This document shows positions 28,317-37,619 of a stretch of DNA of 45,585 bases, one piece after another (positions within the stretch are counted from its first letter, which is position 1; every line of letters begins with the position of its first letter). The notes beneath the pieces are model-generated. The model saw only the letters and a program-made list of their open reading frames with translations, ran no database searches and had not been told where the DNA came from. The DNA is taken from the NCBI GenBank assembly GCA_038131935.1, contig JAYPQH010000025.1, forward strand, positions 1 to 45,585. Direction: 5' to 3'. The translations under genes and the position numbers were made by a program. The stretch comes from Alphaproteobacteria bacterium (GTDB lineage: Bacteria > Pseudomonadota > Alphaproteobacteria > UBA8317).

Positions 28317-28433
28317 ATGTCAGATCAAGAGCATAAAGAGCAGCCACTCAACATTCTACCAGTTCTCGTGGTTACAGTCGCCTCAGCGTTACTTTTGGTG
28401 ATTATCTACACGAGCCTTCGCTTAGGATCATAG
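28317..28433 (+). CDS. Putative 38-aa single-pass membrane protein
   Basis: Below the ORF-track cutoff: MSDQEHKEQPLNILPVLVVTVASALLLVIIYTSLRLGS*. AAAGGTG RBS, and it ends 3 nt before the HIT gene. Confidence 0.55.
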   Translation: MSDQEHKEQPLNILPVLVVTVASALLLVIIYTSLRLGS

Positions 28434-28436
28434 TGA

Positions 28437-28904
28437 TTGGTTTACGTTGACTGTGACCCTCGCTTGGAACGAGATAGTCTTGAGATAGGATTTGTTGACG
28501 GAATATCCGTTCGTCTTATGAATGACGCTCGTTTTTTATGGGTCATTTTGGTTCTTACTGATCATTACGTGAATGCCAACAGATGCCGCAATAAAAATAC
28601 TGACCTGAATGGCACGACCTTGAGGGAGCCAGTCAGCATTGTTGATGTTGATTTTTGATTGAATTTGCACAAGCTTGCTCGTTTTTTATCCCGTAACTTA
28701 CAATCTTCAACCCAGGCTAGCAAAGTTAATATCGCTAGCCTCGGCAACCAAGTTCCACAGCTCCACCTTCATATTGTCATGCGCCATGAAGATGATGCGG
28801 CTTGGCCAGGCCCTATATGGGGTTCTGGGAAAACCATTCCTATGGATGCCACCTGTCAAACGCAGCGTGTGTCACTTATCAATGCCCTCATCAGCCAATA
28901 TTGA
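28437..28904 (+). pseudogene. HIT family protein, disrupted (or mis-sequenced) between about 28570 and 28660
   Basis: DPRLERDS, LMNDARFLWVILV, and KVNIASLGNQVPQLHLHIVMRHEDDAAWPGPIWG. The expected middle (EWHDLEGASQ) lies in a different frame, and there is a stop at 28656-28658. Confidence 0.8.
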
Positions 28905-29598
28905 TAGGGATGGCAAATTACATGCACGTTTGCCCGTGGTGCTGGTAGGGGCAGGTGATGTAGCCAAATATGATCTGCAAAGGTTTCCCCATGATTGGAT
29001 ATTTGTGGGCGTTGATGGTGGTGCCAACAGCTGCCAAAATCATGGACGCAGCCCTTCCTTGGTCCTTGGTGATTTAGACTCTTATGAACCAGATCCCCTT
29101 ATCACAGCACCGGTAAAACATATACCTGAACAAAATAGTACGGATTTACAAAAAGCTTTGATGCTCGTGGATGCTCCTTTGATCATTGGCTTAGGATTTT
29201 TATCGGACAGGCTAGATCATGCATTGGCAGGTCTTGATACCCTGGCTTATTGCCAAAGGCCCTTCATCCTCATCGGTGAACAAGATGCCGTTGTCACATT
29301 GCCCCAACATACAGATCTTACACTACCCATCGGCACCCGCTTGTCACTTATGCCTTGGCCAGAAAAAACATTTCTTCATGACCAAGGTTTGGAATATCCT
29401 CTAAAGGGGCTTACCTTGAAGCAGGGCATACAGCTAGGCACATCCAACAAGACCATTGCTGAGGCTGTCCACATCGTTACAGAACCCGACGGCTTGTGCC
29501 TTTTGATACTACCAAAAACGGAACTTAACGCGCTTATTCATCTATTTGCCCCGCAATTCGCTGCTCTCTTGAACCTGCCCAATCAGCCCATGCCCTGA
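28882..29598 (+). CDS. thiN: Thiamine pyrophosphokinase
   Basis: VGVDGGAN, VLGDLDS, EQNSTDLQKAL, RLDHALA, GLEYPL and GTSN. Start placed at MPSSAN. Confidence 0.9.
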   Translation: MPSSANIDRDGKLHARLPVVLVGAGDVAKYDLQRFPHDWIFVGVDGGANSCQNHGRSPSLVLGDLDSYEPDPLITAPVKHIPEQNSTDLQKALMLVDAPLIIGLGFLSDRLDHALAGLDTLAYCQRPFILIGEQDAVVTLPQHTDLTLPIGTRLSLMPWPEKTFLHDQGLEYPLKGLTLKQGIQLGTSNKTIAEAVHIVTEPDGLCLLILPKTELNALIHLFAPQFAALLNLPNQPMP

Positions 29599-30463
29599 TA
29601 GAAACAATGAAAATTGTTTGTAACGATTTTCATCAAATGCGGCTGGACGTAGAGCAAAACGAGGCAATGTATCTTTCCATGCTTGTATGTTGAGCGCATC
29701 ATCAAGATCAGGGTAGGCTTTTATAAATTGTTGCCAACAACGCTCAGGGTTATTGATCAACACCATGGTTGCCTCTTCTATAGCCGCCATGAACCTTTGC
29801 ACCCATTGTGCTTGTGCATCCTGCTCATGAACAACAAATATCAGCTCATCATAGGGAGGAACTCCATGCTCTTCGGGGTAAAAACAACGCCCTTCAACGC
29901 CCTCAATTCGCATTTGTGTCAATTCAAAGTTTCGGAAAGCACCGATCACTGCATCTACTTGTCCTGACATCAACGAAGGTGAAAGTGCCCAATTTACATT
30001 GATCATCTCAACATCATCCGCCGATAACTTCGCATGCTTCAACATCTGTGCAAGCATCGCACTCTCAAAACCTGAAACAGAGTAACCCACCCGTTTGCCC
30101 TTAAGATCTGCTAACTGTTTTATGGGACCATCTTTAACCACCAAAAGACAATTTAAAGGGGTTGCAACCAGCGTACCAGCCCAGCTTAAAGGCAGTCCTT
30201 CATAGCGCTGAAGATGCAACTGAGGTTGATAAGAAACAGCCATATCCATGGCCTTTGCAGCAACCAGCTTAGGTGGCTGTGAGGGGTCAGATGGGGCGAT
30301 GATATCAACATTAAGGTTATGTTTTTCAAAAATTCCAAGCTGTTTCGCCAAAATAATAGGTGCATGGTCTGGATTTACAAACCAATCCAAGGCCAGCTTC
30401 ACATCTTTTGCTGCCGCTAGGGATGATAAAAAACAGTTAACAAAAACATATGAGTCGTATCAT
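29542..30463 (-). CDS. thiY: HMP/pyrimidine-precursor ABC transporter substrate-binding protein (NMT1/ThiY family); signal-peptide region frameshifted near 30440
   Basis: LDWFVNPDHAP, VSYQPQL, GAFRNFE and GVPPYDEL. The leader MIRLICF... starts at ATG 30463, overlapping the permease stop, but is out of frame across T runs. Confidence 0.88.
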
Positions 30464-31224
30464 GATATATCCATTTTGTTTGAGGTTGAAGAAATCCAAG
30501 GGAAAAGAAGATGGAGCATTTTGTGCACAAGTTTTAGGAAGATGATGGCCATAATCGCCAATGTGAGGATGGTGGCAAACATGAGGTCTGTTTTTACCCG
30601 ACCATTTGCATACAGCATCAGATAACCAAGTCCACCTGAAGCCCCGACCCATTCACCAATCACCGCGCCAATAGGTGCAAAAACAGCGGCAAGTCTTAAG
30701 CCACTCACCAAAGATGGAAGTGCAAGAGGGACCTGGACCCATAACAGGACGTCCCTTGGACGTGCCCCCATAAGACGTGTCATGTCTAGATATGGTCGGG
30801 GGGTCCTTAGCAAACCATCAAGAAAATTAGATGTCACAGGAAAATAAATGACCAGCATGGTCATAATAATCTTGGACGTCACCCCATAACCAAAACCAAA
30901 GTGTCAAAAAGGGTGCGATAGCAAAAACGGGGACTGCCGGTTTGCAACCAGCACAGGAAATATCGTGCGCTGCGCCCATGGTGATGAAGCAATACTCAAG
31001 GCGTTTAAAATTCCAAAAACCGCCCCCAAAACAAATCCAACAACGACTTCCAAGGCCGTGATGGATAAGTGATCCAAGATTAAAGCATGATACTTTATCA
31101 ATGCTTTCACCACATCCAAGGGCCCGGGTAATATGAATGTTGGCAACTGTGCCAGCAACACAATCACCTGCCACACCAACATAACAACCAAAGATGAAAT
31201 CATGATGCGCACAATAGGGTTCAT
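30460..31224 (-). CDS. thiX: ABC transporter permease (ThiX-like), two frameshifts near 30940 and 30890
   Basis: FILPGP, AVPVFAIAPFLTLWF, IYFPV, PLALPSLVSGLRLA and AVIGEWVGASGGLG, spread over three frames. Confidence 0.85.
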
Positions 31225-31888
31225 TGCATCAATCTTATCATATCGTCTTCGTCCCCATGCTCTTGCGCCTCAACAAACTCAGCCTTGCTAAGAATGCTGC
31301 AACTCATGCTGAGTGCTTTTGCCTTCTCTTGGATCATGGGTCACCATTACCCATGCTTACATGCGCACCTAATTCATGCACATAATTGATCACCTCTTGT
31401 TTGGTGACCATATCGAGACCAGAAAAAGGCTCATCCAACAGCCACAGATCTGCCCCTTCAAACAATAACCTTGCTAAGGCAACACGCTGACGCTGACCTC
31501 CAGAAAGATGTGAGGGACGTCTGCGCTCAAGCCCTTGAAGCCCCAGCCGATCAAGACAATGCGCCGCAAAATCCATGTCTGGCTTTTCATGACGCAAACG
31601 CGCACCCAAACAGAGGTTGCCCAGGAGATCATACGCTTCAATCAGCGCAGGCTCTTGGGATAACAAAGCAGTGCGTTCTGCATTGTTTTCAAGATGTCCT
31701 TCAAATGATGAATAGTCATCATCAAGACCTGCCATGAGACGTAAAATTGTTGATTTTCCAGCCCCTGATCGACCTAAAATTGCGCGCCTCTGGGATGTGT
31801 AGAGCGTCCAATTTTGAATTGGCAAAGAGGTTTCGGGCAATCGCAAGATGCCACTCATATGCAGCACGGATGTTGGTAGGTTTGTCAT
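31221..31888 (-). CDS. thiZ: ABC transporter ATP-binding protein (ThiZ-like), frameshift near 31350
   Basis: Walker A GRSGAGKST, LSGGQRQRVALAR and LLDEPFSGLD. The H-loop VTHDPREA continues in another frame to a TGA overlapping the permease ATG. Confidence 0.85.
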
Positions 31889-31905
31889 GTTTCTATCATG
31901 CGCCT

Positions 31906-31988
31906 CTCATTCCCTACGCCGGTCCAAACCGGATCAGGTTCCATGGGTTGGATCAAATCCTCTCAGCCTTGCGAGGCACCCCAATGAG
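31906..31988 (-). ncRNA. TPP riboswitch
   Basis: The minus strand reads CTCATT-GGGGTGCCTCGCAAGGCTGAGA-GGATTTGATCC-AACCCATGGAACCTGATCCGGTTTGGACCGGCGTAGGG-AATGAG, with all canonical THI-box motifs. It lies immediately upstream of thiZXY. Confidence 0.97.
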
Positions 31989-32048
31989 TCCATATTGATA
32001 CTGACCATAAGCTCTCAAAAACAGATTGGCAAGAAAGGGTAAAAGATT

Positions 32049-32675
32049 ATGCCCCCAGGATATATCGATATCTATTGTGAACGACTTGCACCGGGTCTTT
32101 TTGACGAGCCCCTGAACGCAATCACAAACGGCGCCTTCGTCTTGGCTGGCTACCTATTCTACATCAGGCATCAACCAGCAACCAAAGATATTTGGGCACA
32201 ATCGGTTTTGATGGGATTGGTTGGCGTCTGCTCTCTAAGCTTTCATACCACTGCTCACTTAGGCGCAATGTTTGCTGATATTGCCTCGATCATGATGTTT
32301 ATTTTTTATCATGTTTATTTGGCCTCACTTCGTTTTATTCCACAATATGGTGCAATAGGTGCGTTCGGACTTGCCGTCATCATGGTTGTCCTATCAATGG
32401 TGATTCCACCCGCTTGGGCTTATGGATCAATGGGGTATGCTCCTGCTTTGTTGGCATTGGTATTTTTCGGCATGCTTTGTCACGGTAAAAATAGAGCTGC
32501 AAGCAGCATGTTCTTATGGGCTGCAGCTGTTTTTTTGATTTCTTTGCTGCTTCGGACAATCGACCGTCCCGCATGCGATGTTATTCCCCTGGGCACACAT
32601 TACTTTTGGCACGTTCTTAACGCGGTGGTTTTGTATTTGACGGCCAAAGCCGTCTATCATGGACGCCAGTTATGA
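32049..32675 (+). CDS. Ceramidase-domain (CREST superfamily) membrane hydrolase
   Basis: YCER...EPLNAITN, SxxxH (SLSFH), a conserved Asp and HYFWH. About 7 TM segments. Confidence 0.85.
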   Translation: MPPGYIDIYCERLAPGLFDEPLNAITNGAFVLAGYLFYIRHQPATKDIWAQSVLMGLVGVCSLSFHTTAHLGAMFADIASIMMFIFYHVYLASLRFIPQYGAIGAFGLAVIMVVLSMVIPPAWAYGSMGYAPALLALVFFGMLCHGKNRAASSMFLWAAAVFLISLLLRTIDRPACDVIPLGTHYFWHVLNAVVLYLTAKAVYHGRQL

Positions 32676-33400
32676 GAATGCTCAGCATACTTTTTCTTAT
32701 TTGGGCATCACCAACCCTTGCAGCGGATCGCATGGAAATGGGGTTTGTCCTATCATGGGGACCTTTTGAAATAGCAAGGCTGCATTACAGCATGACATGG
32801 GACGAAACATCATATGAAATCAAAGGACGAGGCAACACCACGGGACTTGTTGGTTTGGTTGTTGATTGGGGTGGCTCAACCACAACAACGGGAATTCGTG
32901 ATGAGGGTGGGCAATTATTTCCCAAAATCCACCAGCATGAAGGCAATCTAGGTGGGTCTCAACGATATGCCGAAGTGATCTTCAAAGATAACATGGTTCT
33001 GGATTGGAACGTTACCCCAAGCCATGCAGAACTTGAACAAACGGAGATACCTCTACCCCTTCCATCGCACCTCATTGACCCTCTAACATTAATTGGACGT
33101 CTCACCTTAGGGCTTACACCATTTAAAAATTGCAACCTTAACCAACTGCTCTTTGATGGAAGGAGACTGGCGCAGATTTCATTTGCCCCCCCTGAAGAGG
33201 GTAGCGGATGCGCATTAAAGTCTGAAAAACTAGGTGGATTTCGTAAAAAAGATGATGAGAAGGACCCTAGAGGCCGATTCCAATCTGTTCAACTCAATGC
33301 TGTTGGAGATATTTTCGTACCTACAGAATTTGGCCTCAAAGCCCCACTAGGAAACATCGTGGCACAACGCTATTATTTGAATCGAAGCAAAAGTGAATAA
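32672..33400 (+). CDS. Exported DUF3108-like protein
   Basis: Signal peptide, beta-rich body, IDPLT and LFDGRR motifs. ATGA overlap with the upstream gene. Confidence 0.75.
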   Translation: MRMLSILFLIWASPTLAADRMEMGFVLSWGPFEIARLHYSMTWDETSYEIKGRGNTTGLVGLVVDWGGSTTTTGIRDEGGQLFPKIHQHEGNLGGSQRYAEVIFKDNMVLDWNVTPSHAELEQTEIPLPLPSHLIDPLTLIGRLTLGLTPFKNCNLNQLLFDGRRLAQISFAPPEEGSGCALKSEKLGGFRKKDDEKDPRGRFQSVQLNAVGDIFVPTEFGLKAPLGNIVAQRYYLNRSKSE

Positions 33401-33417
33401 TCTATAGCTACGATATG

Positions 33418-33777
33418 TTAAGCTGGTATGGGCAAGAAATATTGCAACTGTGAGTGGACCCGCCTGCACATGCGGTCGATTTCATGCCAACCTTTCTCTG
33501 TAAGTTTTAGTGATGTCATGCGATGGTCATGATGAATGGATACAAGTTCAACCAAATCAGCATCTACCATGCGTTGTATGGCCCGGCGGGCTGTTGGATA
33601 AGACACATCCAAGGCATGTTGCATAAATGTTAATGGACAAGGCGTCTTTTTTTCTTCGCAGTCGGCTGCCAAAACAAGAATGGTATATTCCATACGAGAC
33701 GATAGCGTTAAATTAGCAGCCAAAGCTTGTTCAATTTGCGAGAGGACACTCACAATCTCATGACGCTGTAGTTCCAT
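33418..33777 (-). CDS. Winged-helix (MarR-like) DNA-binding protein
   Basis: VSYPTARRAIQRMVDADLVE...DHRMTSLKLTEKG. Confidence 0.8.
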   Translation of the reverse strand: MELQRHEIVSVLSQIEQALAANLTLSSRMEYTILVLAADCEEKKTPCPLTFMQHALDVSYPTARRAIQRMVDADLVELVSIHHDHRMTSLKLTEKGWHEIDRMCRRVHSQLQYFLPIPA

Positions 33778-33887
33778 TACTTACTTCCTTCCCAAAACTG
33801 TGGGAGGATTTTGTCACAGGAACATTTCAGTTTTGTTACAATCCATGAAAAAACAGGATAAATATATCCTTGATATCATTCTATTGA

Positions 33888-34802
33888 TTAGGGATTTGCA
33901 TAGGTGATTGGAGATATCGTTACGGCATGTCCCTCTGCAAACAACCCTGAAGCCACAAGGCCAGATAGATGCTGTGCGGGGACAACAAACCGTCCTTGAT
34001 CTGATACATGCATGATAGATGATTTGGTAAGTTGTTCCCTTAATTTAGAAGGGAGCTTTCCCAAAGCGACGTGGATCAATACACAATTTTTGGCATGGGC
34101 TTGCGCCTGCTGCATGGCGAGGAACAATTCTTGCAAGCGATACTCACCTGCCGAATGACGGCGCCGCAATGAACTTACCAACACAGCTTGTGATGATAAT
34201 ATCTGACCATCGTCAATAATACGCAAATCATTGGCGCGTAAGGTTGCACCTGTGGAGGTAATATCCACAATAAGCTCTGCTTGCCCAGCGTATGGAGCCG
34301 CTTCAGTGGCACCTGATGAATCAACAATCCGAAATTCATGAACCTGATGATGTAGAAAGAACTCCCGCGTGAGGCGATGATATTTGGTTGCCACACGCAG
34401 GCGACGCCCCCTACGATGGAAAAAATCTTGTGCCACCTCGCTCAAGTCACTCATGCTACGCACATCAACCCACCCATCAGGGACGGCTACAATCAAATCT
34501 GCATGCCCAAAACCTAAGGGGAAGAGAACTTCATAATCTTCTTCTTGTTTACCACCAGACTCACGTAACAAATCGATACCGGTAATGCCAAAGGCAAGTT
34601 GACCCTTTATAAGGGATTCTGCGATATCACGAGCCTGCAGATAAACCATATCATGCGTTTGATCGCCTGCATGCAGCTGTGCCGTGTAGCCCCGCTCAGA
34701 TTGGCCCGAGATGGTCAATCCTAGTTGATGTGTAAGGTAGGTCTCCGCAGACTCTTTCAAGCGGCCTTTGCTGGGTAAGGCAAGAACTGGTGCTATGCTC
34801 AT
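33888..34802 (-). CDS. hisG: ATP phosphoribosyltransferase
   Basis: LALPSKGRL, GITGIDLLRE, VATKY, GATEAAP and IVDITSTGATLRAN. ATGA overlap with hisZ. Confidence 0.95.
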   Translation of the reverse strand: MSIAPVLALPSKGRLKESAETYLTHQLGLTISGQSERGYTAQLHAGDQTHDMVYLQARDIAESLIKGQLAFGITGIDLLRESGGKQEEDYEVLFPLGFGHADLIVAVPDGWVDVRSMSDLSEVAQDFFHRRGRRLRVATKYHRLTREFFLHHQVHEFRIVDSSGATEAAPYAGQAELIVDITSTGATLRANDLRIIDDGQILSSQAVLVSSLRRRHSAGEYRLQELFLAMQQAQAHAKNCVLIHVALGKLPSKLREQLTKSSIMHVSDQGRFVVPAQHLSGLVASGLFAEGHAVTISPITYANP

Positions 34803-35884
34803 ATTTCGTCCTCCCACAAATCCAACCTCATGCTACCACCATAGGCAGGGAGATCTGGACCACCTAATTGTGCGATCAGATTGTCGTACCTGCCTCCCGC
34901 AAAGTAACGTTGCTGTTGACGGTCAACAGCATAAAAGGAAAAGCCGGAGTAATAATCCATCCGCTCAGTTCCTGCTGGTTGAAACAGCAATTGCTCCGCA
35001 GCCCAGGGCAATTGCTGGGCTTGGTCTTGGTATTCTTTCATTTGTTCAGCAAACTGATCATCAATATCGATATTCCGAGCATGTAGTGATGCCCCAAGCT
35101 CAGTTATGGGACATTCCAAAGATAGGTAACTCAACAAACAATCCTGCTGTGTAGGCTTCAACCCACCTGTAGCTTCCACTTCACCAAGCAACCATAGTCT
35201 ATCAATAATCTCTTCGGCTGTTCGACCTACCAACATATCTTGAGCTTCTTGGCTCACCCAATCTGCAAGAAAAACACGTCCTTGGTCTTCACCAAGACTA
35301 ACGGCCATCTTCGCAATAGTAAGATGAGCTGAGGGCTTAGGTTGCATCCCATCTGCAATCAAACGACGCAATTGACGAGGGCGGTTATACGCTGCAAGCA
35401 GCCTTTCGCATAAGGGCTGTGGCAAACTCATGTGATGCAACAAATGAGAAAATAGCGTGAGATCATCGGTAATAACCCGCATATCTTTGGTTTTTTCGCG
35501 AGGCAACAAGCGCCACCATAAATCGCAGATACCTAGATGCACTTCAGCTGAGGCTGCCTCACCAAGAAGTTCCATTCCTATTTCTTGCCGTTGATCTACC
35601 AAATTCTGAACCTGTGATGGTTCACGAAAAATAGTTCCTGTGTAATAAAATCTACCGGAAGGATCTTCATTGGCAACATCCAATCGCGCCAGACAAGATG
35701 CAATCGTCAAATCAGGAGTGAGGCACCGTCTTACCTCACCAACACCCTCTAAAAACACCATGCGGGCACCCAAATACTCACCGGCTGCCTCCAAAAAAGG
35801 GCGCGCTGGCATGACTTCTGGCAACATGATCTCATCCGCACCAGATACAGCCATAATTTTTGCGAACTGTTCCATCAGTTTCAT
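34799..35884 (-). CDS. hisZ: ATP phosphoribosyltransferase regulatory subunit
   Basis: HisRS-like motifs LTPDLTI, YYTGTIFR, QEIGME, DYYSGFSF and GGRYDNL. It lies between hisS and hisG. Confidence 0.9.
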   Translation of the reverse strand: MKLMEQFAKIMAVSGADEIMLPEVMPARPFLEAAGEYLGARMVFLEGVGEVRRCLTPDLTIASCLARLDVANEDPSGRFYYTGTIFREPSQVQNLVDQRQEIGMELLGEAASAEVHLGICDLWWRLLPREKTKDMRVITDDLTLFSHLLHHMSLPQPLCERLLAAYNRPRQLRRLIADGMQPKPSAHLTIAKMAVSLGEDQGRVFLADWVSQEAQDMLVGRTAEEIIDRLWLLGEVEATGGLKPTQQDCLLSYLSLECPITELGASLHARNIDIDDQFAEQMKEYQDQAQQLPWAAEQLLFQPAGTERMDYYSGFSFYAVDRQQQRYFAGGRYDNLIAQLGGPDLPAYGGSMRLDLWEDEI

Positions 35885-37356
35885 GACATGTCACCCAACA
35901 TTTTTGTCAATTCTGCAACCAATTGATCACGGGGCACATCTCTTTGTGCAGGCTGTGAGCCGACCCATTCCTCTCTACTTTTGATCTCTGACGCCATCTG
36001 TCGACCAATTTCAAGGTCCTTCACCACAACGACCCCACGTGCGCGTTCGTCATCACCTTCCATAACCACAAAACGGGCACGCCTGCGGTCTGCATATTTC
36101 ATTTGTGCTTTTAATCCCGCATCACCGACATAAGCCTCAGCACGAACCCCAGCGCCACGCAACTCATCAGCCAAACGCATCGCGCTATGATCTGAAGCCC
36201 CCCCAAAATTGACAACCATGACAGGTCCATCAAGGATCTGTTCGTCATCTTTCTTGCGCGATAAGATTGCACTTACCAATCGATCCACGCCAATCGACAT
36301 ACCTGTTGCAGGAACAGCCTCACCGCCAAAACGTGCAACCAAACCATCGTAACGACCACCGCCAGCAACAGAGCCGAATACGACTTCTTCACCTCGTTGA
36401 TTGGTTACAGGAAATGTCAATTCAGCCTCAAAAACCATACCCGTATAATACCCCAACCCACGGACCACGCTGGGGTCAAATTTTATTTGATGTCCATGCC
36501 TTTGATCACCCCGCACCAAATTCACCACGGAAGTTAAATCTTGTATAACCTCGGAACCATCTGCCTCCAACAACTGCTCTATCCGCGCAAGCAGTTCCAT
36601 TTGACCAGCATCTGTAGTTCCCGCATCCAAGAAAGATAAAACCTTTTCGATCGCTGGATCAGCAAGTCCTAAACCTTTCATATAGTCCCCAGATGAATCT
36701 GTTCGCCCCGCCCCCAACAGCTCAGCAACGCCATCACGGCCCAAACGATCAAGCTTATCCATGGCACGCATGGCATCAGCACGTTGGCTCTCCTCTTGCA
36801 ATCCGATCACATCAAGAAGCCTATCCAAGAGTCTGCGATCATTGATACGCACCACATACTCGTCATCGGCAAATCCTATTGCCGTGAGGCACCGCGCGAG
36901 GATCAAACATAATTCGCCATCTGCTTGGATTGATGAGGTACCAACGGAATCGACATCAAACTGTGTAAACTGACGAAACCGTCCAGGACCTGGTTTTTCA
37001 TTCCGAAAAACTGGCCCCGTTTGGTATCTACGAAAAGGTCGTGGAAGAAATTGTTTGTTCTGCGCCACGAAACGCGCCAATGGTGCTGTTAAGTCATAAC
37101 GCAAGGCAACCCAATCATCATCATCATCACGCCACGAAAAAACACCCCCCATGGGACGGTCCACGTCAGGCAAATGTTTTCCTAATGCTTCCAATCGCTC
37201 AATCAACGGCGTCTCCAAGGGTTCAAAACCGTGGAGTTTGTAAATACGTCCTATCGTATCAATGATATCCTGCCGCATTTGCAAATTTTGACCAGAGAGA
37301 TCTTGAAAACCTCTGGGTAATTCCGCCTTAGGCTTTTTTGTCTTACGCACCGTCAT
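35881..37356 (-). CDS. hisS: Histidine--tRNA ligase
   Basis: PRGFQD, LRYDLTAPLAR, FRNEKPGPGRFRQFTQFD, VRGLGYYTG and GGGRYDGL. Start placed at MTVRK. Confidence 0.97.
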   Translation of the reverse strand: MTVRKTKKPKAELPRGFQDLSGQNLQMRQDIIDTIGRIYKLHGFEPLETPLIERLEALGKHLPDVDRPMGGVFSWRDDDDDWVALRYDLTAPLARFVAQNKQFLPRPFRRYQTGPVFRNEKPGPGRFRQFTQFDVDSVGTSSIQADGELCLILARCLTAIGFADDEYVVRINDRRLLDRLLDVIGLQEESQRADAMRAMDKLDRLGRDGVAELLGAGRTDSSGDYMKGLGLADPAIEKVLSFLDAGTTDAGQMELLARIEQLLEADGSEVIQDLTSVVNLVRGDQRHGHQIKFDPSVVRGLGYYTGMVFEAELTFPVTNQRGEEVVFGSVAGGGRYDGLVARFGGEAVPATGMSIGVDRLVSAILSRKKDDEQILDGPVMVVNFGGASDHSAMRLADELRGAGVRAEAYVGDAGLKAQMKYADRRRARFVVMEGDDERARGVVVVKDLEIGRQMASEIKSREEWVGSQPAQRDVPRDQLVAELTKMLGDMS

Positions 37357-37619
37357 ACCACGTACCCATTGTTCTGTACTGGAGCCATTGAAAGGCTCGT
37401 TTTCTTTCATGAGCGGGGTATCTCACACCTAACCGTTTCTGTCACCCTCGCCTATATCTGGTCGTAAAACATCACCTCATATTTAAAAATTTACAGCAAA
37501 AGCGTGGTAAAAACATCCATTTCTTAACAATAGCCAAATGCGAATGGATATTAGGCTTGAATTGAATGGCCCATTCGCATAGCGCTTAAGTTCATTACAC
37601 GAATATCAAAGGTAAATGT

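Noticed and set aside
28656-28658. In-frame TGA in the HIT gene, and at 4392, as selenocysteine or readthrough
   Set aside because: Neither position corresponds to a Cys, no SECIS-like hairpin is evident, and the surrounding sequence is otherwise disrupted.
28675-28881. N-terminal 69-aa extension of thiN in the ORF track
   Set aside because: It overlaps the conserved HIT C-terminus in another frame. The real start is more likely ATG 28882.
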